Shown here: piece by piece, positions 1-8,704 of the stretch
Layout: every line of letters begins with the position of its first letter
Position numbering within the stretch: position 1 is the stretch's first letter
NCBI GenBank assembly: GCA_002794465.1
Contig: MTSL01000025.1
Span: forward strand, 16,765-30,597
Origin: Paramicrosporidium saccamoebae KSL3
Taxonomy: Eukaryota; Fungi; Cryptomycota
DNA: 13,833 bases
Direction: 5' to 3'
The notes under the pieces: generated by a model
What the model was told of the DNA's origin: nothing
Databases searched by the model: none
What the model saw: the letters and a program-made list of their open reading frames with translations, nothing else
Translations under genes and position numbers: made by a program

Positions 1-1257
1 GTTCCCGCTCCGTTCATCCATCATATCAATATTCAACATTAGATTTTCCTCTTTTGGAAGGTAATAATCCACTTTTAGATAGATATCATCCAATTTTGTC
101 GAGGCAGCTCCAGTCCAAATGGCCACAAGCTTCGATAGTTGTCTCGGAGTCAAACATTCCATGAACACCATGAAGACGGTTCGAGAACTCACTTTGCCAT
201 ACCATGAATCGACTTGCATGCCATTTTCTCATGTGATTTTACCGAATAAACCTGCGGCGGTCACTGGGGAAGGGATGAGTTTTGACTTTAGCATGGCGGA
301 GAAGCGCTCTTTGCGTGTCAGTGGCGTGTCAGGTATTTCGAGGAAATAACACAGCCCAGATCGAAAGGTTTTAACAAACTCTGTGAATTCTTTCAAGCAT
401 CTCTCATAAAACTGCTCGTAATATCCTTCCATGCTGTCATACTTGGATTCAGAATACACTGCAGCGATCTTTGCGTCCCAGTCGTCAAGGCTGAGTTCTC
501 CTTGTGGGATTTCATAGCTGTCGTAGTTGCTTTTGCTGATAAATCCATTGAGTGTCAATTTATCCAGCGGAGCCCAACTGAAATCCTCTCTGTTAGCATT
601 GAACCATGCCTCATTTGTTACTCTATCTGCAGCTTTCTCCTTCTCCTCAAAAGTCTTGGAAGGATCTTGCTTAATCTGCTTTACTTTCTCCTCTTGCTCA
701 GGCGTAAGCTTAAAGCTATCGCCCATCACACGCTGATAGAGATTGTTGGCTTTGAAAGTTTCCAACTCGCGCGCATACGTCTCTTTGAAATACGATGCAA
801 TCTCCTCACCATTGGCATTGAGAATGAGCTCATAAAACTTGGGATCGTGAGCAAAGGGGAGCCTCAATCCTTGCTGAAGTGTCTTTCCCACCAGGAATCC
901 TCCAACGAGCCCTCCATTGCCCTCGATTGGGAATTTGAATTTTTGGATGGAAGCATCGTAATCGCTGTAATTTGAAATCATGTTGTCGTTCATTGTGCCG
1001 TTAAGTTGTTCAATCCAGGCACAGATGGGTCCCTCTCCGAAAGCGCCAGCAAGGCCGACTGACGCCAACCAAGTAAACGAGGCACATGACTGATTGCCTA
1101 TTGAAGCACACTGCTCTATCAGAAAGGACCGACCGTCTGATGATGAAACCGTGGAAAGGTCGTGCTGAGGAGATATAGTCCTCGTAGATATAGCATACCC
1201 TCTCACAACAGTACCATTGAGATACTTTCTCGCAACAGGACCTTTTACACAGCATAT
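1..1257 (-). pseudogene. HECT-like E3 ubiquitin ligase domain, 5'-truncated paralog with an in-frame TGA at 229-231; frame runs off the left edge of the window
   Basis: The frame of ORF 229..1206 is open from 1257 (TAA at 1258-1260). It contains HECT-like segments GAFGEGPICAWIEQL, GFLVGKTLQQGLRLPFAHDPKFYELIL, EFVKTFRSGLCYFL and PSPVTAAGLFGKIT. Reading through the TGA gives 76 more open codons, ENGMQVDSWYGKVSSRTVFMVFMECLTPRQLSKLVAIWTGAAS..., resembling the HECT C-lobe motif WFWEVL..F..E.R.KFL.FVTG. The aldolase stop lies only 26 bp beyond the open frame, leaving no room for the N-terminal region seen in the paralog. Domain assignment is by eye. Confidence 0.7.
718..1068 (-). repeat. Left arm of a 351-bp inverted repeat (partner 13483-13833)
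   Basis: The reverse complement aligns without gaps to 13483-13833 with 26 mismatches in 351 nt (about 92.6%) by hand count. Confidence 0.95.
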
Positions 1258-1283
1258 TTAATCACATTTGTCAATAATAGTAC

Positions 1284-2487
1284 TCAATAGCGGTAATCTT
1301 TGACATAGAGGCTTTCACTTGCAGTCGATACTCCGGCTTTGGCGCTATATTGACCCATTGATGCCTGGCTGTTGACCTTGGCACGCTCAACAAGCGCGTC
1401 CTGGGCCGACTTGACGTTGCCATCCTGCCCCTTCCACGTCTTAATAACCGAATTTTGCAGAGCGCGTGCATATGAAAAGGTAATGCGCCATGGTTTCTTT
1501 CCCGGAACGCGGTTAATCGAATCCAAATTCCTAGTCGCTTCTTCCTCGCTCTGTCCACCGCTGAGGAAACAAATTCCTGGAACTGCTGTGGGGACTGATC
1601 GCTGCAGAACGCGCATCGTTGCCAATCCAATCTCTTCAGAAGTGTACTTTTTCTGACACGACTGGCCGGGACAGACCATACTCGGCTTGAGAAGCGTTCC
1701 CTCCAAAAACACGTGATGGTCATGCAGACGCTATTGCAAAGTTAAGTCAGTAGTGCCATTGGTACTTTGTAAACTTCTGAAATGACGGCCTGGCCCACCG
1801 CAGTCGCAGTCTCCAGATCGTGGTCGCCATCCATCAGGATTTCAGGCTCCACAATGGGAACTAAACCGTTCGTCTGGCAGATTGACGCATAGCGAGCCAA
1901 GACAGTTGCATTGTCTGCAATGGCCAGTTGGGAGGGCTCATTGGGACCGATCTTATAGACACAGCGCCATTTGGCGAATCGACAGCCCTTTTGATAAAAG
2001 GTGGCACATCTCTCTGCCAAGCCATCCAAGCCCTGAGTGGTGGTTTCGCCATCCGTCCCCAACAACACCACGGTTCCCTAGCCAGTGTCAAAGTACAGCT
2101 AGCAATACCTTGTCGAGTTTGATTCCAGGAATGATGCCGGCATCAGAAAGGAGCTTGACGAAGGGAGTACCATCTGATGTCTTTTGGTCCACCGTCTCTT
2201 CAAAGAGGATGACTCCACCCAGATACTCCTTCAACTGTTCTAGAGAATGAGATGGCAATCACATCCATACTGGCTGCCGAAAAGAGCACCTCACGATACT
2301 TGCGACGATTCTCCTCGGTATTCTCCAGCCCAATGGTGGCCAGTCGTTTCCCAGCCGTGCCCAGCGACTCGTCGGCCGCCAAGATTCCCTTTCCATCCGC
2401 CACGATCGTTTCGGCGTTGCGGGCAAGCTCTTGGCGACGTTCCAAGGAGAGACCGAAGGAGTTGGAGGATGCAGATGTCATTGGCAT
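1284..2487 (-). CDS. FBA: Fructose-bisphosphate aldolase, class I; exons 2487-2271, 2239-2109, 2077-1766, 1730-1284 (1107 nt, 368 aa; alternative ATG at 2481)
   Basis: Class I motifs [48 protein letters not shown], Schiff-base lysine in [19 protein letters not shown] and TFSYARALQ, plus a C-terminal Tyr. Removing three short GT-AG introns joins the ORF fragments in frame. Confidence 0.96.
1731..1765 (-). other. Spliceosomal intron, 35 nt (aldolase intron 3)
   Basis: GTACCA...CTGACTTAAC...CAATAG on the minus strand; removal gives ISEVYK|[16 protein letters not shown]. Confidence 0.9.
2078..2108 (-). other. Spliceosomal intron, 31 nt (aldolase intron 2)
   Basis: GTATTG...GGCTAG on the minus strand; removal gives GIKLDK|[16 protein letters not shown]. 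Confidence 0.92.
2240..2270 (-). other. Spliceosomal intron, 31 nt (aldolase intron 1)
   Basis: GTATGG...CTCTAG on the minus strand, phase 1; removal gives [20 protein letters not shown]. Confidence 0.88.
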
Positions 2488-2739
2488 TGAAGTGTATCCA
2501 CGAGTCTAATTGTCGCCATTTATGCAATATCCCCATTTGGAAGATTACGTCGCTAGTCGTGTGGCATAGTGGATCGATTAGCTGGGCATTTGTGAGACTA
2601 TAAATAGGCTGTTGGATTAACAGTGAGCGAGTTCCTACATGACTGGGCCCGCGGCAACAGCCGACAGTTTACATTGGATAATACATGTCCCGCAGATCAA
2701 CTCGATGGATATCTATATTCATGTTCCCGAATGTGCAAT

Positions 2740-3252
2740 TTATTGCTTTTGACGATCAACTATGTGGTTGAATAGGCGGGCAATGACCACCTCCATGGTG
2801 GTAATCTGCTTCCGAATATAATCTAAATCGTGAATGGTCTTTCTAATTTCCTCCTTCCTCTCGTCACGTTTGGTGTTGAGAAATTCCTTGGCTTCGGCCA
2901 GGCTGTATTCCACCATGATGCCGGCGCCGAGCCAGAGCCCGACTGTTCGAGCGCCAGCCAAGATCTTGGCCTTTGCATATAAAGTGTCACCCAACTCGAA
3001 ATCATATCCCAATTCGCTGGACTTTGACAATTGCTCCACCGCGGAATAGCTCGAATTCAGCTCAGTTTGCAGACCGGTAAAACGTTCCAACTTATTCTTC
3101 AATGATACCTCCATCATTCTGTATTTGCCGAGGAGCGTCTTGAGGTTTTCTAGCAAAGTCTCGGCCGTCTCACCCTCCTTTACTAATGTGGCAACATTTT
3201 CTGCAAAAGGCGCCACGGGAATATTGGAATAGTTTAGGGTCTCTGCGGCCAT
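2740..3252 (-). CDS. PFD3: Prefoldin subunit 3 (VBP1/PAC10 family), 170 aa, intronless
   Basis: Family motifs NIPVAPFAENV, KYRMME, FELGDTLYAKAKI, VGLWLGAGIMVEYSLAEAKEFL and DLDYIRKQITTMEVVIARLFN. Confidence 0.93.
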   Translation of the reverse strand: MAAETLNYSNIPVAPFAENVATLVKEGETAETLLENLKTLLGKYRMMEVSLKNKLERFTGLQTELNSSYSAVEQLSKSSELGYDFELGDTLYAKAKILAGARTVGLWLGAGIMVEYSLAEAKEFLNTKRDERKEEIRKTIHDLDYIRKQITTMEVVIARLFNHIVDRQKQ

Positions 3253-3488
3253 AAAAATAATACAATTTGGAGTTTTCTCATATTAAACAATTGTAAGCGA
3301 CCGTGCATCTCACTTGTGTATCGCTCTAATTTCATATTACTGTCTGCATCTCACCTATATCTCACGCTGGTTTTATTATAATACGGTTGCGCCCAAATTT
3401 GCATACATTTAAATCTACTTGCATGCAACCGTCTCCATTTCACTTGGTCTATCTCTAATTTTATTTACATCCAAATCTATCCATATCT

Positions 3489-3583
3489 CACTCAGTCTAC
3501 CTCTACCTCTACCTCTACCTCTGCCTCTATCCATATCCATATCCATATCCATATCCATATCCATATCCCATCCCACTCAGTCT
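3489..3583. repeat. Compound hexanucleotide microsatellite, (CTCTAC-type)x5-6 then (CCATAT)x6, flanked by the direct repeat CACTCAGTCT
   Basis: CTCTAC at 3501, 3507 and 3513, CTCTGC at 3519, CTCTAT at 3525, then CCATAT six times over 3531-3566. CACTCAGTCT occurs at 3489-3498 and 3574-3583. Confidence 0.93.
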
Positions 3584-3693
3584 GCCTTTGATTTTACTTG
3601 CATCTAATTAGCCGCATCCCGCTCAATCCCCTATTTCACAACCCTGGTCCGATATATAATCTCGTAGTATTGGATATTTAGTTTTCGTTGAGA

Positions 3694-5310
3694 ATGGTTG
3701 AAGCAGCGGGTATGACGGGAGCGACAGGTGCAACGGGAACAGCACATGCGAGCCAATTCAGTGGAAAGGAAAAGCCAACGGCGGTGCGCATCAGTAACAT
3801 TATGGCAGCCAAGGCGGTGGCAGACGTCATTCGCACGAGTTTGGGGCCGCGCGGAATGGACAAAATGATCAAGACGGGACGGGGAGAGACGCTAATTACG
3901 AATGACGGAGCAACGATTCTGAAGCACATGAACGTGGTGCATCCATGCAGCAAAATGCTCGTGGAATTGGCAGAGGCACAGGACGTGGTGGCAGGCGACG
4001 GCACAACCTCTGTAGTGGTACTTGCCGGCAGCCTGTTGACAATGGCAGAAAAGCTGCTGGAACGAGGAGTGCATCCCTCAACCATCAGTGACGCCTTTCG
4101 TCTGGCTGCTGAAGAGGCAGTGCGAGTATTACGGGATATGGCAGTGACCATCCGATTGGACGACCGAGAGACATTATTGAAAAGCGCAATCACTGCGCTT
4201 AACTCAAAGGTCGTCTCACAATATGGAACATTGATTGCAGGAATTGCAGTGGATGCGGTACTGCGGGTAGTGGATCCTCAACATCGCGCGGCTGTAGACG
4301 TGCGGGATGTGCGGGTGGTGAAAAAAGTAGGCGGCACTATTGAAGACACTGAATTGGTGGAGGGATTGCTGTTGACACAATCTGTGGCTCATGCTGCCGG
4401 CGGCCCCACCCGCATGGAAAAGGCAAGAATTGGATTAATTCAATTCCAATTATCGCCGCCCAAAACGGACATGGAAGGTGCCATTGTGATTAGCGATTAT
4501 CAGCAGATGGATCGGGTCCTGCAGGAAGAACGGGCGTATCTGTTGACATTATGCAAGCGCATCAAAAAGACGGGATGCAATGTGTTGTTGGTGCAAAAGT
4601 CGATTTTGCGCGATGCCGTCTCCGAGTTGGCTTTGCAATATTTGGCCAAACTGAAGATTTTGCTCGTCACTGATATTGAACGCGAGGAAATTGAGTTTGT
4701 GGCCAAAACGCTCAATTGTCGCCCCATTGCCGACATTGACTCATTTGTGGAAGAAAAGTTGGCCACTGCCGAGTTGGTGGAGGAGGTGAACAAGGACGGC
4801 GCCCGCTACATCCACGTTTCTGGCATCCGTGGTCAGGGCCGCACTGTTTCCATTGTATGTCGCGGTGCCAATGCTCTGGTTTTGGACGAAAATGCGCGTT
4901 CCCTGCATGATGCATTATGTGTCATCCGTTGTTTGGCCAAGGAGCCCGCCTTGATCCATGGTGGAGGTGCGCCCGAAGTGGAAATTGCTGTGCGTCTTGC
5001 CAAATATGCGACCACTCTTTCTGGAGCTGCGTCGCTTGCGGTGGCTGCGTTTGGAGAGGCCATGTTGGCAGTGCCCACCATTTTGGCAGAGAATGCCGGT
5101 TTGCAATCCGTCTCTGTAGTCACTGAGCTGCGCAATTGGCATGTCAAAGGAAGCATCAACCATGGCATCAATGTACGCAAAGGTATTGTTAGCGATATGG
5201 GTCTTGAGAATGTTGTCCAACCCCTCTTAGTCTCCACTAGCGCCGTCTCCCTCGCCGCCGAAACTGTTAGCATGATTCTCAAGATTGATGACATTGTTGC
5301 CTGCCGTTAA
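3694..5310 (+). CDS. CCT4: T-complex protein 1 subunit delta (CCT/TRiC chaperonin), 538 aa, intronless
   Basis: Group II chaperonin motifs [36 protein letters not shown] and GGGAPE. Delta-type features include [34 protein letters not shown] and [13 protein letters not shown]. The first ATG is at 3694; the ORF track starts at TTG 3688. Confidence 0.96.
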   Translation: MVEAAGMTGATGATGTAHASQFSGKEKPTAVRISNIMAAKAVADVIRTSLGPRGMDKMIKTGRGETLITNDGATILKHMNVVHPCSKMLVELAEAQDVVAGDGTTSVVVLAGSLLTMAEKLLERGVHPSTISDAFRLAAEEAVRVLRDMAVTIRLDDRETLLKSAITALNSKVVSQYGTLIAGIAVDAVLRVVDPQHRAAVDVRDVRVVKKVGGTIEDTELVEGLLLTQSVAHAAGGPTRMEKARIGLIQFQLSPPKTDMEGAIVISDYQQMDRVLQEERAYLLTLCKRIKKTGCNVLLVQKSILRDAVSELALQYLAKLKILLVTDIEREEIEFVAKTLNCRPIADIDSFVEEKLATAELVEEVNKDGARYIHVSGIRGQGRTVSIVCRGANALVLDENARSLHDALCVIRCLAKEPALIHGGGAPEVEIAVRLAKYATTLSGAASLAVAAFGEAMLAVPTILAENAGLQSVSVVTELRNWHVKGSINHGINVRKGIVSDMGLENVVQPLLVSTSAVSLAAETVSMILKIDDIVACR

Positions 5311-5678
5311 CGAGTGGCGAATATGAGTGGTTGAATATCAGTAAGAGTGGACCATTAACAGTATAATTACACGTGACATATAAAATATTCATGAGCACTG
5401 TAATAATGTCGCATAGTGGGGATAAATAGTATGGACTGCCAGACGGGAAGGGGGGCTTGTTCACTGCTAATCCTAGAATAGTATGGATACACATCCCACT
5501 GTCCCCAAATATCCAGCAACTAATCAACCCTCTACGCCAAATACCCAACTAGCCAATCCTCTACGCTAATAAATCTTCTACGTCACAATACGATCAGTCA
5601 GTGTATTCATGGTAGTCGCTCCCTACAAATTAATCTCACCCCTCGGCCCAGTATAATTGCACAAATAGCATCCCTTTA

Positions 5679-8388
5679 TTAAAGTTGAATGGATGATAGA
5701 ATCGTCTCGGCTACACTTACAAACTCTGGTCGACCCAACAATTCACCTGCCACCCCTTTTGGTGTCTCGGTAATCCATCCAACCACCATCGTTGCTTCTG
5801 TCATTCCCAGTTGCAGTGGCATTGTCGTCGCCAAATGTCCCAGGATGGCATACATGCGGATCAGTACCAAATATGGTTGTGATGTCACTGCATTAACTGG
5901 CTGAGTCAGCAAGGGTGATTGACTGCCTACCGGTGGATGGCGCCATAGACGTCGCAGACTGTCACACCATCGGATCAGTCGGCCCATTTCAACGCTCCAA
6001 TCTGAATAATAGCGCGCATCCAACCGACGCAGCGCATGCAGTAGCGTCAACAGTGACAGTTCCAAATACCCACCATCTGGCAGACCAAAGTGCACATTGT
6101 GTGGCACCGACTCGGTGTAGCTCTTATACAGTTCCCCATCTGATCTTAACAGTAAATCAATCAAATACGCCACTCCCAGAGCTGCCAACACAAAGCTCTC
6201 GGCAAATCCCCACATTGTCTCTACAACCTGCACCAACATTGTAGCCATGGATTTCTTTTGCTCGCACTCACCGTCAAACACTCCGCCGTTTCGCAAATTG
6301 CTCAATAGTCTACATAACGCATCCATTAACAGAAAACAGTGCGGTGGGATCGTCTTCCAGGTGGCATTTGCCACTTTGATGAATTGGATTATTGAATTTT
6401 TTACGGCCGCAGTGGAGACGGCACCAAGGTACAATTCGGGGTTCATGGCCACTGCATGGGCACGGTAGTCCTGCAGGCAATGCTTCACTTCGTCTACGGC
6501 CAAGGATAGCAGAGCCTCTACTCGCGTCCCCTCTGTCAGCGTGATTAAAGATGAAATCTGTACAAAAACCATCCAAAGTCCTGAATAACACTCCAAACTT
6601 AGGGAGCTCCAAACCTCCTCCTTTGTGAGAATGGGCACCAGAACTCTCCACACAAAATGTTCCTCTCCCGCCATAATTGCCGGGATTTCGGTCCGCACTG
6701 ACCAATTTCTAAGAACATTGACAATCGACTCGATCCGCGATGACTTTGGCTTTGGTCGACTCAGCAACCCCACTCCCTCCTCCTCGGCCTTTCTCCTCAA
6801 AAACACAAATGGCCTTTGGTTCCTTATCCGATCAGGCAACTCTGACAAATTGTCCATTTTTGTGTCTGTTCCTTCAGTATTCGAATCGGCCACTTTGACA
6901 TTTAATGAATTGAGCACTTCGGCACTGAGCAAATTGGCCAATGCCCGTATAAGGGACACGACTGAAGCTGCACTTAGGGCCGCATTTGAGTCAAAGGAAA
7001 GCCGTTCCAAGATTCCCAATCCCGCATTCTGCACTGCCGTCAAATCCGAATTCAACATTAAAAACAGTTCCTCATACGAAATCTTTCCCACCGTCGGAGT
7101 GCAACTCAACTTGCGCAACATTAATTGCCCACCACGAAGCATATCCTTTACGTCGTCTTCTCGTGTTCGTGTTGTGGGGGAGGACATTGGCCGTTTGGCA
7201 GGGATGATGGGAGAACCTTCTGCAATTGGTTCAGAATTCCTTAACAGATCATCCGTACTAATCGTTCCCATATTCATTGTCTCTGCAACTCGTGGCTCTG
7301 AATGTCGCAAATCTGGGTGTCGTGAATCGGAGTGTCGCAGGTCGGGATGTCGGGGGTCGGGATTTCGTGTATCGGGGTGTCGTGTATCGGGGTGTCGTTG
7401 ATCGGGGTGTCTTGATTCTGAATATGGTGATTTTGAATATTGTGATTCTGAAGATTGTGATTTTACAATTTGTGGCTCTGTAGATCTTGATTCGGCTGTC
7501 CGTGTCTCTGGAGATTGTGTTTCTGAACCTCTGGATTCTGCGGATTGTGCTTCTAGACTTCTGAATTCTGAACCTCTGGATCCTGGATCTCTGGATTCTA
7601 AACCTCTGAATTCTGAACCTCTGGGATCTAGACCCTGTGATTCCAAGCCTCTAGCGTCCAAACCCCGCGATTCTAAACCTTTGGATTCTTCTTCAATTGC
7701 TCCAGGAGTCAGATTCTGAACCTGTGCAATCAGCGCGTGTGGCCCTAAATGATTAGCGCCCGAGAAGAGGGATACAAGACACTTTGTCCAATGGAATCCG
7801 ATGGAAAAAGACCTGTTCGTAGGCGAAAAAGAGAGTAAAATAAAACGACCGCAATTGCACCAACAGTTCCGGCGTAATGGGTGAGAATTGTAGTGACATT
7901 GCCACGGCGTTCCAGCAATTTCCATCCGTTACCCGGTGAAAACCGCCAAATGCCGTCACTGTGCGGTACAACGAGTGCATTTGGATGGGTTGGTCCTTGA
8001 AGCGCGGCACCTTTCGTAGCGGCAAGTTAATGAGTCCCATGAAACGGGACAGACTGTCCACAAACTGCGTCTCATTCATCTCCACTGCGTATGGGGGCAC
8101 CGTGTGAAAGTACTTGAATATGGGCAGTCCTGTCACTTTGGGCGGTGTGGCCCGCGGTGTTGTCGGCCTCATCACCGGACTGCCCATGGGCGAAGTTGGG
8201 CGGTAATGCGGCATCGGCGCTCGGCTCATTGTCGGCATGGGCGGTCCACGCGTCCGCCACTGACTCAGCATTTGCAGCTGCGCCTGTTGCATCATCTCTG
8301 CCGTCATAGGCGGTCGTGGAGGTCGTCCTGGCGTGGTAAAGTGCAATTCGTTTGTCGGCGTCTTGGGGGGTCCTTCACCGCCTTCCAT
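5679..8388 (-). CDS. ARID-domain protein, probable SWI1/ARID1-like SWI/SNF (or RSC) subunit; exons 8388-7776 and 7744-5679 (892 aa)
   Basis: Exon 1 has a Pro/Met-rich N-terminus and an ARID helix set (VPRFKDQPIQMHSLYRTVTAFGGFHRV...WNAVAMSLQF...QLRSFYFTLFFAYEQ). A 31-nt intron joins it to ORF 5679..7925, whose segments LFLMLNSDLTAVQNAGLGILERLSFD and IVNVLRNWSV resemble the ARM-like C-terminal region of Swi1/ARID1. The subfamily call is tentative. Confidence 0.75.
7284..7688 (-). repeat. Coding minisatellite, about 27 degenerate 15-bp units encoding pentapeptides (ESRGL-type grading to DxRHP-type)
   Basis: Translation reads ESKGL ESRGL DARGL ESQGL DPRGS EFRGL ... ESRHP DQRHP DTRHP DTRNP DPRHP DLRHS DSRHP DLRHS EPRVA. 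Confidence 0.9.
7745..7775 (-). other. Spliceosomal intron, 31 nt (ARID gene)
   Basis: GTATCC...GCTAATCATTTAG with a branch-point-like GCTAAT, phase 1. It is the only nearby donor that restores frame (IPLDKVSW|PHALIAQ). Confidence 0.85.
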
Positions 8389-8461
8389 GATAAGGCCCCG
8401 TCAGGGTGGGGGTCCACACTCATCGTTTTTACTTTCCCTCCCATCCATCCCATTATACAAT

Positions 8462-8475
8462 ACCCACGCGTGGGT
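8462..8475. promoter_or_regulatory. Perfect 14-bp palindrome ACCCACGCGTGGGT containing an ACGCGT (MluI/MCB-like) core in a divergent promoter
   Basis: The palindrome is directly visible about 75 bp upstream of the ARID gene ATG. Regulatory function is inferred. Confidence 0.35.
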
Positions 8476-8704
8476 CGCTTTATTAGCCATTCATTCTGTC
8501 AGACTCTCTTTGGCCTCCAATCATTTCCATTTACTTATTTCGGCAACATTGGATTGGCTCGGCTCATCACATGATATTGGTAGTGGCGGCTCAGTACATC
8601 TCATCATTGTTTACTTTTTAATTTTGTGCCATTATCTAATAAATCGCATCTTCTTCCTCACCGCATGGATTGTACTAAAACGTGATTCATGCGGCGACAA
8701 GGGT

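Noticed and set aside
229-231. TGA as Trp (alternative genetic code) or selenocysteine
   Set aside because: TGA terminates the aldolase and membrane-protein genes at their expected ends and TGG is used for Trp throughout. The position does not correspond to a catalytic Cys.
199-243. A 15-nt (GTAAAA...TGAG) or 30-nt (GTAAAA...CAAG) in-frame intron that would remove the TGA in the left HECT copy
   Set aside because: All seven supported introns have GTAY donors and TAG acceptors and are not multiples of 3. These candidates fail all three tests, have no branch point, and would delete residues that align with the HECT domain.
502-975. Plus-strand ORF 502..975 and its mirror, minus-strand ORF 13576..13782
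   Set aside because: These are antisense shadows of the HECT coding sequence; they resemble each other only because of the inverted repeat.
3419-3607. 62-aa ORF (…LPLPLP…ISISIS…)
   Set aside because: Non-ATG start and a translation of the microsatellite; no coding evidence.
4861-4930. CCT4 motif reads [11 protein letters not shown] instead of the usual EAERSLHDAL
   Set aside because: The catalytic Asp and the GDGTTS P-loop are intact; ordinary divergence is a sufficient explanation.
3678-5294. Several antisense or alternate-frame ORFs over CCT4, and similar ones over the aldolase, ARID and ARP9 genes
   Set aside because: They overlap well-supported genes, show no recognisable motifs, and are expected from codon bias in moderately GC-rich coding DNA.
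7776-7925. Start of ORF 5679..7925 (MEIAGTPW...) as an independent gene
   Set aside because: This stretch is an alternate frame of ARID exon 1; a 31-nt intron joins both ORFs into one gene.
8333-8704. 5' extension of the membrane-protein ORF from the GTG at 8333
   Set aside because: It overlaps the ARID start on the other strand, spans the promoter and contains no in-frame ATG before 8705.
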